64,000 nucleotides of DNA from Lytechinus pictus (Eukaryota). Within the stretch, counting starts at the first letter, position 1. Every line of letters starts with the position of its first letter. Made by a program: the position numbers and the translations under genes. Of the stretch, positions 49,180-60,693 are shown in pieces. Where the stretch lies: assembly GCF_037042905.1 (NCBI RefSeq), contig NC_087252.1, forward strand, positions 41,974,001-42,038,000, in the 5' to 3' direction. The notes under the pieces are model-generated. The model did not search any database. It saw only the letters and a list, made by a program, of their open reading frames with translations, and was not told where the DNA came from.

Positions 49180-52100
49180 AGAGTTATGACAACGTTTATT
49201 ATACATTTTTTTCTTCAAAATTTCGGGGGGGGGGCAACTCATTGGGGCCTCCTCCTTTGGTGCCGCCACTGGTCTGGGGTGGAGCCCCCGGAAATTCGTG
49301 ATATTTTCAAACATTGCAGATACATTGCAGATGGCCATTTTTTAATCAAATCGCGGGTAAATACACCACATATTATATTAAGTTCAACGCAGTTGCGGAT
49401 AATAAACGAAATATGTTGAGGCAGCACAACATAGCAAATGTGGAAAAAAAAATAAAAGTCGCCAGCGAGCGAAGCGATTCAGAAAATTTTGGCCTTTTAA
49501 AATGATTTTGAAATTAAATTATAATTATGTTATAGTCGCTTTGGAAATTTAGCCGATCAATCAATAAATCAATAGCTTTGAAATTAGTCACGCGATATTG
49601 TCTAAAAGAGACATTTTAGTTCATGTAACGTTCATTTTGTAGGGGTATAACTTCTTGTTAATTAATTGAATTGAAGGCTACACATGCAAAAGAAAATGTC
49701 TCCTAAGAAACATTCGAAGATTAGAAGAGCTTTATACTCATATTTTATGTTTTGACGATACGTTTTCTATCGATATACGCCCCCATCTTTTTTTCCAAGA
49801 AATGACGATCTACAACAGACGGCTAAAGATATTCATTCGACCCAACCCATTCTCATTTTTTTTTTTTTTGTAAGCTGATTAGACTGATTCTAGAAACAAA
49901 GAACGGGCAACTACTGAACATATTCTGTGCGAATAAAAGAAAAATACATGTATCACTAAGCTTTCGGAACTATTTCAGTGGCGGAGGAATTAGACTGAGT
50001 ATAATAGATCAATAGGATCTGCTCATGAGATGTTTAGCGAGTTGCCTCCTAAATGTGCATGCGCCGGGTCAAGCTAATGTTTATCTGGTTGCCCGAGTCG
50101 AGTTCTATACAAGTTAGGATACGTGGTTACCTCGGCTATGCCGTCGGGACATCCCTGGGGGCCCCTTGGAAAGAAATGCTTTTTTTTTAATAAAAAAATG
50201 CTTGAAATAGCAATTTATTCCTTTAATTTTTTTAATTTGATCCCCCTGAATGTGCATGCACCTGTTCAAGCTAGTGTTTATCCGGTTTCCCGAGTCGAGT
50301 TCTACAATTTAGGATACGTGGTTACCTTGGCTAGACCGTCGGGATATCCCTGGGGGCCCCTTGAAAAAAAAGTACTTTTTTTTATTCAAAAAATGCTCTA
50401 AATAGCCCTTTATTCCCTTTAATTTTGTTAATTTGAGCCCCCTAAATGTGCATGCGCCGGGTCAAGCTAGTGCTTATTTAGTTGCCCGAGTCGAGTTCTA
50501 CAAGTAAGGATACGTGGTTACCTTTACTAGGCCGTAGGGATATCCCCGGGGGCCCTCGAAAAAAAAATAATGCCCTTTTTTACTGACGTTTGTCCCCTAA
50601 ACGTCCTCGTACTAGGGCAAGCCATTGTTTGTATGGTTGCCCGAGACGTGCTGCACCTGTTAAATCCCCTAGTTAGCTTTCAAAATCATTGATTTTTTAA
50701 TATCGAATATCGGATATTGGTCTAACTTCACACGCGTTTGAATATCGAACCCGAATATCAAACCAACTTCACAGTTTGAATATCGAACATCCAACCAACT
50801 TCCTGCCGGTGCTTCCGGCGCGGCGGCTCCAGCTCCCTACTGGCCTGCTGCTAGCTGCCTGACGCGTCCCGTCCGACGTCCCGGTCCCTACGGCGTACGC
50901 TAGCCCGGGCTGCACTAGTACTATCGGCTGGTATTGCGATCGGTGGCCCAGCTGCATGAGGATTTGTCGAACAAAATTTTGTAGTATAATGAAATTTTGC
51001 CGAATGAATTGATATTTCATCGAATTAATTTTAGTCGAATAAAATGTTTTTTGCTCTGAATACTATTTTTTCGAATTTAATTTTGTCAAATATAAAATTA
51101 TCAAATGAAACGTTGTCGAAAAAAAATTTGTCGAATGTGTCGAATGAATTTTGGTCGAATTAATTTTTTTTTGTGTGGAATGAAATTTTGACGAATATAT
51201 TTTTGACATCGCACGTATGGTACGCCAAATGTGTAGGTCAAATGAAATTGTGTCGAATTTGTCAAATGAAATTTTGTCGAATGAATTTTTGTCAAATAAG
51301 AAAAAAAGTTGTGTGAAACTGTTAATACCGAATTGAGTAATGTCTGTAAATGGTTCAGTGCAAATAAACTCACAATCAATTACAAAAAATGCAATTACAC
51401 TATATTCCGTAACTCTACAAGGCATATAGATTTTAATCATGTAGAAGTTAGGCTTAATAACCAAATTATTCCCAGAGTTGAAAATACAAAATTTCTTGGT
51501 GTTATCATTGACAGTAATTTAACTTGGTCACATCACATACATGAAATTGAAAACAAGGTAGCGAATAATATCGGAATTATATATCGCCTAAGCTTTTATC
51601 TTCCAAAACCGGTCCTACATACATTGTATTGCTCTCAAATTCTGCCATATTTTTATTATTGTAATTTGGTCTGGGCTAACACATACCAAACCCATCTTAA
51701 AAAAATATGTTCTCTTCAAAATAAAATTGTGCGTATAATTTCTTAGGACGACATCATACCACCAACAGACACGAGACACGAAATCTTTATTTCATTCCCA
51801 GAAACTACTGAAATTAAACGACATCAATAAACCTCAGCAATGTAATTTTATGTACAGGTGTTTAAATTCTCAAACTCCAGAAAATTTTCGCAATTTCTTT
51901 ACGCATGTATCAAATATACATCATTTTGATACCCGAACAAATAACCAAATATATATTCCTAAACACAGAAAGATTATCTTTCAACAAAACATCCGTTATT
52001 CTGACCCGAAAATATGGAATGATCTTCCGGACTACATAAAAAAATCCTTGTCAGCAACTAGCTTAAAATTTAAGATTAAAAAAATGATTTTATCATCCTA

Positions 52101-52585
52101 TGCTTGAATATCCTCATACCTTATATTCCTTTTGGTCTTAAGTTAACATGAATAATGTGCAACTGTTGCGGCATTATTATTTTTTTTTATCTCTCCCTCT
52201 CTCCATCATACATTGTTGTACGCTATATTTGCTCGGTACTCGGTAACTCATGCCCGCCTTCCTGCTCACTTCTCCCTCTCTCGTTTTCTTCCCTTCTTCT
52301 CTTCTCTTTTCCTAGCCCTTCTTATCTTTGTATTGTATTTTGTGTATTGTATATATTTTTCCACAGGCGTATCCTGTCACAAGCATGTGCTTTCTAGGGA
52401 CCTACGCCTTCCTCTGTACACATAAGTTATATATATTTATATTCTTCATGGAAATTGATTTGATGTGAATTCATGTTAACAAATTTTATTGAAAGGTTTA
52501 CGGTAAACACCATGTATGTAGTCCTGAAAAGGACTGTTTGTTATTCTTTCTTGAATATATGTTAGCTCTGAAAAGAACTGTTATC

Positions 52586-52619
52586 GACGTTTCGACCAGC
52601 GTGTTCTGTTCGTCATCAG
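52586..52619 (-). ncRNA. Minimal hammerhead ribozyme motif in Penelope pseudo-LTR
   Basis: CTGATGA-c-gaacag-aacacg-ctggtc-GAAA-cgtc: core boxes present, one stem II mismatch, weak stem I. Confidence 0.6.
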
Positions 52620-54006
52620 GAATGAAGATCCTCTTGAAAGACTTAAGTTTTATAACCAAGTTGGTTATAAGGAAGTAATTAAGGTTGAGCCAATAGGAAA
52701 GCAGGAACGGAGAGGTAATTAAAGATGAACCAATAGGAAAGCAGGAGGACAGTGATTGGTCAGCAGTTGATTGGTAACTAATTGGTGTTAATCCCGGATA
52801 AATCCTCTGTGGTTACGTAAGACTTCTATTGTGTGGGACTTGAAACAGAGTAGGCATCTATTGATTGGTAGTCTTGTTTAGCAGTGGGTTCCAAATATTG
52901 TTGATGAGTAGGCCGCTGTCTTGTGGTACTGTGTCGTGTTGGGTGATCTCTATGGCCTCTCGAACCCGTCTGGTATGCCAGTGCTTGATTGATGTTAGTA
53001 ACTTGGCGTCCTCCCATAGAATCTTGTGTTGGAGTTGGTTAGCATGTTTGGCTATCGCAGATTTCTCCCATTCCTCCTTGTTGTAGCTGTTCTGATGTTC
53101 CTTGAGTCTGGTAGTCAGATTGCGTCCAGTTTCACCAATGTATACCTTTCCACAAGAGCATGATATCCTGTATACTCCAGGGCGTGACGCTGAGGGCTTG
53201 ACGTCCTTGTGAGTATAGAGGGCAGCATGTAACTTGTTGGAAGACCGGTGTCTCACTTCAATTTTGGCTGCTCGGAATATGCGTTGCAGTTTGTGGGAAG
53301 TAGGACCTAGATAAGGCAAGATAACCGTAGCTTTGGTGGGCTCCTTCGGACGAGATGAGGTTGGTTTTGTCTTGATCCTGTGTGGAGGATAACCGTTTAT
53401 AGTCAGGAGTGTCGACTTGATGTGATCCAGTTCCCGTTGCAGGTGGTTGTCATCGCTGATACAGTGTGCCCTCTTGACCAATGTTCTTTGAACAGACTGT
53501 AAGATAGACGGGTGGTGGAACGATTTGAAGTGAAGATACCTATCAGTATGGGTTGGTTTGCGGTATACTTGGTGCGAGAGGTGGTTGTTGGGTTCACGTG
53601 TAACGAGAACATCCAGGAAAGGTATGGAGTTATTCTTCTCCTTCTCCATCGTGAAGGTGATTTTGGGATGTTGAGAGTTGAGATGAATGAGAAAATCTTC
53701 AGTACCACAAGACAGCGGCCTACTCATCAATAATATTTGGAACCCACTGCTAAACAAGACTAAATCAATATATGCCTAATCTGTTTCAAGTCCCACACAA
53801 TAGAAGTCTTACGTAACCACAGAGGATTAATCCGGGATTAACACCAATTAGTTACCAATCAACTACTGACCAATCACTGTCTTCCTGCTTTCCTATTGGT
53901 TCATCTTTAATTACATCTCCGTTCCTGCTTTCCTATTGGCTCAACCTTAATTACTCCTATAACCAACTTGGTTATAAACTTAAGTCTTTCAAGAGGATCT
54001 TCATTC

Positions 54007-54040
54007 CTGATGACGACCAGAACACGCTGGCCGAAACGTC
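54007..54040 (+). ncRNA. Minimal hammerhead ribozyme motif in the inverted pseudo-LTR copy
   Basis: CTGATGA-c-gaccag-aacacg-ctggcc-GAAA-cgtc; the stem II mismatch is at a different position than in the other copy. Confidence 0.6.
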
Positions 54041-54115
54041 GATAACAGTTCTTTTCAGAGCTAACATATATTCAAGAAAGAATAACAAACAGTCCTTTTC
54101 AGGACTACATACATG

Positions 54116-57100
54116 GGCCCGTATTCTGATAGCAGGTTTAACTTAACCCTAGTCTAAAGTTAACCCTGGTTTAACTAAACCTCCTCTAAACCTCACCTCT
54201 GGTCTAAGTGTAGTTTAATTATTTTGGTATTCTGATAGCCAGGTTTAACTAAACCTGGGTTAAACCCGGGTTTAAATTCTTTTTGGAAATAATCATCCTC
54301 TTTTAACCAAGACTAGCACCTTTTTGGTAAATTACTGCTGCAGGGATGACTGCAACAAAGTTGAAAAAATGTCACTAAAGTTGTTTTTTCTTAAAAATTT
54401 GGATTTTATGGAAACTAATTACAACTATTGTAGTGAAAGAAAAGCATTCATCACCCATATATGGTAAGAAATTTTCATTCAGATTATCTTTATATTTTTT
54501 AATTACTAAAACATTTCAATCCCAAACCGAGTGACCTGCATAGTTTTTTGTGTATCAGTCCCATTGATTGCTTTTCATGTTTGTCAAAATCTAAATTGAA
54601 TAGATTCACCTCACCCACTCTAGTCCTAGATCTAAAACAATAAGTTAAGAGGTCGACATCTTTATTCTAACTTCATGTAAGGGAAAATTTTTGTGACTTT
54701 TGAGAGTAGCCTTGGGTCTAACATTAGGCCTAGGCTATAGTTACATCTAGCTTTTAGGCCCAATTGTTTGGAGGAGAATTGAACATTGTTTTGACCTTTT
54801 TTTACTTTCCTGAAGCAAACCGTAGTCTAGTGGAGCAACTGAGACTGAAGCTACATATTTATAGTATTGGTCTAGGCCTAGAACATCATTCAGGACTTAG
54901 GCTGGCTTAGCCTTGGGACAGGGATAGATATAGATCTATATTCTAACCTTACTCTTAGTTAGAATCTAGTAGAATAGATCTGATTTGTCTTAGACAAAAA
55001 GCTTCAGTCTCTGTATTGTTCCGCTGAGTCTGATGAGTATGATAGTCTACGTTGCCGTTGGCCTCTCTCACCAAGGCAATGTGATATGACAGTAAAATGT
55101 CAGAATTTTTTCAATAAATCCCCAGAAACGACGGTTATTCCTGTCTACAGTGTTAGATCTGACTATCGCTATGCATTGCTTGCCAAGTAACTAGGCCTGG
55201 CTAAATTTAGACATCTCTCTACTCCTGTTTTGGGTCCATATCTGTTTCTTTGAAGAGTTTTTATTTTATTTAAATATTTTTGGGGATTTGTTTAGGTTTC
55301 CAGGTCCAGGACTAAAAAACAGGCCTAAACCTGTTTACAGCTTAGTCTTGACTAGACTAGGCCAGACCTAGATTTATGTAAGAATTTAGATCAAGGCCTA
55401 ACGTTAGTCTGTGCTATCTAGTCTACTGACTTACTGTATGATCTAGAATCTCTAACGCTGGCCTAGTTCTAGACTAAATAACTTAGACTAAAAGTTAGAC
55501 CCTATCTAGATCTAGAACTAGATCTGTATCAATCTAGGTCTACATGTAATAGGTCTAGATCTAGAGATTTGTAGACTCTCAATGTAAATTCTAAATCGAA
55601 AAATAGTAAATGTAGGCTAGTCTACAGTAGATCTACTCATCTAACATTAGGCCTGAAAAAAGAAGTAGGCTAGAGATCTAACGTTGGATTATTACTAGAT
55701 CTAAAGAATCTAGATCTAGGCCTAGATCTAAAGCTAGGGACTGTAGTTCGAGATCTAGAGGTCTAGCACCCCCCTTAAACCTAGAACTAAGGCAAGCCTA
55801 CAGCTACATGTAGTTCTCTATGTAGCCAAACAACAGCTAGCATTGACTATTGTCTTAATCTTATTTTGGTGTGTGTACTTACCATACAACACATATTTTG
55901 ATGAATGAGAAAATGTGTCTTGCAGATTATTTTACCTCAAAACCTATGTGTTCTAAATTTCATGAGCATAGGCCTATGTCATAAAATGAAGAAGTTCAAT
56001 CCACGAGATGTGTTTACACATTTATTGATTTAATATGATGTTACCATGGCAACAAAATTTCCAACACACACAAATATATGTCTTGCAGATAGATCTATAC
56101 CTCAAAACCAATGTGTGAGCCAACTTTTATAAGAATTGGTTGAAAAATGAAAACTAATGAAGGAGTTCAAACCGCAAGATTTTCACCTAATTTCATTATG
56201 TAATATGTTGTTACCATGGCAACACGATTTCTGATACACACAAATATATGTCTTGCAGATCTATACCTCAAAACCAATGTGTGAGCCAACTTTTATAAGA
56301 ATTGGTTGAAAAAGGAAAACTAATGAAGGAGTTCGAACTACAAAATGTTCACCTTATTTTCGTTATATAATATGTTGTTACCATGGCAACACGATTTCTG
56401 ATACAGGCAAAAATATGTCTTAGACATCTTCACCTCAACATTAATGTATGTGCCAAATTTTTAAGAGAATTTACCAGTTGGAAACTGATAAAGTAGTTCA
56501 AATCACAAGATTTTCATCTAATTTTTGATATTTGATTTGTTACCATGGCAACATGATTTTTTTTTATAAAGACATAAAATATTTTTTGCACATCTTCACA
56601 TCAAGACTAATGTTTGTACCACATTTCATGAGAATTGGTTAAAACTTAGGAAGTAGTTGGAATTGCAAGATTTGTACATAGTTTTTGCCATAATATACCG
56701 TTTCCATGGCAACACAATTTCCGACACATGCAAAAATGTGTCTTGCAAATCTTCACCTCAAGACTTATGTCTGTGCCAAATATCATGAGAAATGGTTTGA
56801 AAATTATAAAGTAATTAAAACCACAAGTTTTTAACCTAATTTTCGATATTTGATATGTTACCATGGCAACGCGATTTTTATATACTTTAGGCATAGAATA
56901 TGTTTTGCACATCTTCACATTAAGACTAATGTATGTACCAAATTTCACGAGAATTGGTTAAAAACTGAGGAAGTAGTTGGAACAGCAAGATTAATGCTTA
57001 GTTTTTGCCATACTATACCGTTACCATGGCAACACAATTTCCGACACATGCAAAAATGAATCTTGCACATCTTTACCTCAAAACCAATGTGTTAGCCAAC

Positions 57101-57606
57101 TTTCTTGAGAGTTGGTAGAAAACTGATTAAGTATTTTGAACGGCAAAAATTTTGAACCATAATATACTGTTACCATGGCAACACAATTTCCGAAAAAGGG
57201 GGAAAAAATTCTTACACCTCCTTACCTTGAGACCAAAGTGTGTTCCAAATTTCATGAGAATCGATTAAAAACTGAGGAAGTAGCTCGAAATGCAATATAG
57301 GCATAAATTCTAAAAAATTGTTGGCCATGATTTGTTGGATTTAAACCAGGCTTAAACTACCCCCTGTGCGAGTTTAACTTTTTGAGGATTTATTACCACA
57401 CTTAGACCAGGGTAAACTTAAACCTTGCTATCGGAATACAAAACTTAAACCTAGGTTTAAATATGGCAGTTTATTACCACACTTAGACTAGGGTTAAGTT
57501 AAACCACGCTATCAGAATACGAAACTTAAACCTAGGTTTAAATATGGCAGTTTATTACCACACTTAGACTAGGGTTAAGTTAAACCACGCTATCAGAATA
57601 CGGGCC
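54116..57606. mobile_element. 3.5-kb non-autonomous PIF/Harbinger-like element (3-bp TSD ATG)
   Basis: TIRs ggcccgtattctgatagc / gctatcagaatacgggcc, with atg on both sides. The empty site is preserved in the other pseudo-LTR copy (about 52505-52525). A 78-bp subterminal tandem duplication lies at the right end. Confidence 0.88.
55890..57320 (+). repeat. About 150-170 bp tandem repeat, each unit carrying the palindrome gtt(a/t)ccatggcaac
   Basis: Eight copies near 56040, 56210, 56377, 56539, 56700, 56857, 57020 and 57169. Confidence 0.88.
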
Positions 57607-58564
57607 ATGGTGTTTACCGTAAACCTTTCAATATTCTCTCCACCATGGAAACCTTCAAAGATCATCTTAACAAATTATGTAAAATGGAGGAAAATAAATG
57701 TTTATTTGAAAAAAAATGAAATTGTGTCGAATGAAATCGTGTCAAATGAAATTGTGTCAAATAGAATTGTGTCGAATATAATTTTGTCAAATATTTTTTG
57801 TCAAATCTATTTTTCATCAAATATAATTTTGTCAAATATATGTTATGTCGAATAAATGTTTTGTTGAATATATTTTTGTCAAATATAATTTTGTCAAATA
57901 TATTTTTTATCAAATATATTTTTGTCAAATGTATGTTTTGTTGAATATATGTTTTGTCGAACATATGTTTTGTCGAATATATTTTTGTCAAATATATTTT
58001 TCGTCGAATATATTTTTGTCAAATATATTTTGTGTCAAATATATTATTGTCAAATATATTTTTTATAAAATATATCTTTTGTCGAATACATGTTTTGTCG
58101 ATTATATTTTTGTCAAATATATTTTTCATCGAATATATTTTTTTTTCAAATATATTTTTGTCAAATATATTTTTTGTCGAATATTTTTTTGTCAAATATA
58201 TTTTGTGTCAAATAGAATTTTGCCGCGTCAAATAGTTTTTTAGTTGGTGTCGAATTTAAATACTTGATTCCCTTCTGGCGTGCCATAGTATACAGATTTA
58301 ATTTTTAAAAAAACATAAAACAAACTAAATCAACATAGTCCATACTTGTTCTCTATCCAATTTTGAAACCTAAGTTTGAAAATAAACCAATCAATTCTCA
58401 ACAGTATATGAATGGGATGTAGTATTTTTCCTGACAAAAAATATCATTACAATAATAGCTTAATATACAAAAGGAAAGTTTCCATCCTTTCAAAATTAAT
58501 TGCAACAATTTACTATTGTTAAACGTGACAAATGCATGTACCATAATTTCCGTTTAAATTGCGA

Positions 58565-58606
<42 letters not shown>

Positions 58607-59042
58607 TAATATATATATATATATATATATGTATACATATTTGTTATTTTTTTATAAAATGACCCAAATATGCCACTTTACGAACACCGTTTGAATTTAT
58701 GAAGATGATAAGTATGCCTACATAACCAAACAAATTATGTTAGAACAAATAAGCTCATAAGGAGGAATGACATCTAAAAGTCAGGGGAAAGTTTCATGGT
58801 AGTTCTCAGCGCTGACCACTTATGTTTCGCCTACAGTTACCATAGTAACAGAGGCTTTAGCTTATTTGCGAACCAAAACCAAGAAATCACTGAAAATTCA
58901 GTCAGTGCTGACACCTTTCATGAAAAAACTCTCCAAATCATTTTTTTCTGATAGACAACCTAATTCATTATCATGGCGAATTAAACTGTTTAGTCATTTG
59001 TAATGCTTAAAAATGAAATATTAATCTGAATTGTCAGCTAAC

Positions 59043-59160
59043 CATTTTGGCGACCCGGATGATGAATCAACTAGGGGTTGAGCGCCTACAGCAAGAGCAG
59101 TGTCCCCTTGATGCTCTTGAGATGAATGTTTGGTTGAATTCGGTGAAGTATCAGACGTTT
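59043..59160 (-). CDS. Gene B exon: Ser/Thr-rich linker upstream of the death-like domain
   Basis: Boundaries tttgtttttgatag|AAA ... AAATG|gttagc; 118 nt open, phase 1-2, joins in frame to 45087. Reads TSDTSPNSTKHSSQEHQGDTALAVGAQPLVDSSSGSPK(C). Confidence 0.65.
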
Positions 59161-59360
59161 CTATCAAAAACAAATAAATCGATTCGTCAGGAAAGTGACA
59201 AGTTATTAGCGATTATATTGAATTCATGTGCATAACATTTTTTTGTGGTAGAATTTTAAGGTTTCGGCAATAAAAAGTCTTGCCCCCCCCCTCCCTTATA
59301 CTTGACCACCCATCGTCCTGTAACTTACATGTATCCCATTATATTATTTGTACCCATTTT

Positions 59361-60063
59361 ACCATGGTATAGGCACAAAAATCATATTCCCGGATATTGA
59401 ACAAACTATGTACGAATTTTTTTAAGTAGCAACAGCATTTTTTTACTCCATTTTTGGAAGCCATCTTGGATTTTGTTAACATACCGGACCAGTGACTGTC
59501 CCTGTAACTTGTCCCAATGTATTGTTTGACAATTGGAGCCATGGTCTAGACGCCAAAATTATGTCCATCAGGTGAATATGATATGAGCTATGTCCATTTT
59601 AAGTATTAAAAGGAATTTTAAACTCAATTTTTGGGAAGCCATCTTGAATTTTTGGACACACAAGACTACTGGCTGTTCATGTAACTTGTCTCGATGTACT
59701 ACTTCACCATTAAGAGCATTGAATAGAAACCAAATTAAAGCCACTCAAGTAAGTAATACTGTAGATGAATTGTGGATTTTTTTTTTAGCCTACGGCAGCC
59801 ATTTTGTGCGCCATCTTGGGTTTTCCTGGTACCCTGGAGTGGTAATATTCACTCTAACTTGTATCAAAGAATTCATTTACCCACTGGACCATGGAATTTA
59901 AACCGAAGTAGGTTTCTACGGCTGATAATGAGTGAGTTATATCCATTTTCAGTGAATGGCGGCCATCTTGAAGTACTTTCCCATTTGCGGATTTTGGTAG
60001 CATTACGAAAATACCCCATTTGATTCTTCACCGCAGTTGGGATCGCAAACTGCGGTAATAGAC
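59361..60063. mobile_element. Non-autonomous DNA element with gccatcttg repeats
   Basis: Recurrent gccatcttg/gccattttg motif, terminal hairpin accgcagtt...aactgcggt, flanked by cccatttt on both sides. Confidence 0.55.
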
Positions 60064-60182
60064 CCCATTTTTCATTTGAAACTCTCATTTCTCATTTGAA
60101 CATTTCCAAGCCCCGATAAACCCATCTTGGCCAGGTAATCCCCGTTGTCTCAATTTCACCAAGAATTTAATTCTTTACCTCC

Positions 60183-60606
60183 TTCTATAAAATTATCTCC
60201 CAATTATAATACATTCAATAGGACACTTAATGACCAAATCCTGAAAACTATTTCCCTTTAAACCAAAGTTCAAACATATAACTTTGGGCACTTTTGGGTG
60301 GGTGGTGGGAGGGGTTAGGTACTCGATTTTTACTGTAGGGTGGGATGGGGTGGGGTCGCTGTTCTTTCTCCCTTTAGCTGATATTGCCTTTATGTTACAC
60401 AAATTTGTTAATGAATTTATTTTTGTAATATGAATTTCATGTTTATTTAATATATCTGGACCCCTCGGCAGAACAGTTGTGCTGTAATGGCTCAGCTGAG
60501 TAGGGCGATCCATCCAATGTTATTTTTATCATGTATTATATTTTGTTGTAATTTTATATGTATTGTTTTTATATTGGTAAATAAATTCAAATCAAATCAA
60601 ATCAAA
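60183..60606 (+). mobile_element. Short LINE 3' fragment with (tcaaa)n tail
   Basis: Ends aataaattcaaatcaaatcaaatcaaa; flanked by acctcc on both sides. Confidence 0.55.
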
Positions 60607-60693
60607 ACCTCCACAGGCCAGTAAAGCCAAGGACGAAATGATAAACAACAGCTGTGCTATTACGTAAGACTTATCTGCCTATAGAAGGAACTT

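Larger units (their letters stand above)
52487..57632 (-). mobile_element. Penelope/Poseidon-type retroelement, 5'-truncated, with inverted pseudo-LTR
   Basis: ORF 52858-53700(-): ITFTME, IPFLDV, VYRKPTHTDRYL...S.H, GVYRISCSCGKVYIGETGR...RLKEH. The segment 53701-54115 + 57607-57632 is an inverted copy of 52487-52930. Confidence 0.92.
51298..57715 (+). mobile_element. 5'-truncated L2-group (Crack/Daphne-like) LINE, interrupted in its 3' UTR by a Penelope element
   Basis: KWFSANKLTINYKK, TKFLGVIIDSNLTWSHHI, LY.S.ILP...YC..VWA, PKIWN.LP (51309-52107). The 3' UTR runs to 52486, resumes at 57633 and ends aataaa...tgaaaaaaaa. Confidence 0.82.
45202..58287. mobile_element. 13-kb composite foldback DNA element, TATGG...CCATA termini, 6-bp TSD (IS3EU-like), non-autonomous
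   Basis: gtatac|tatggtacgccagaagg ... ccttctggcgtgccata|gtatac. The left arm 45202-47145 is the reverse complement of the right arm 50045-51297 + 57712-58287. Confidence 0.85.

Noticed and set aside
53701-53757. Apparent N-terminus (MFSSGFQILL...) of the 299-aa Penelope ORF
   Set aside because: It is the antisense read of the inverted pseudo-LTR; the real element is 5'-truncated at about 53700.
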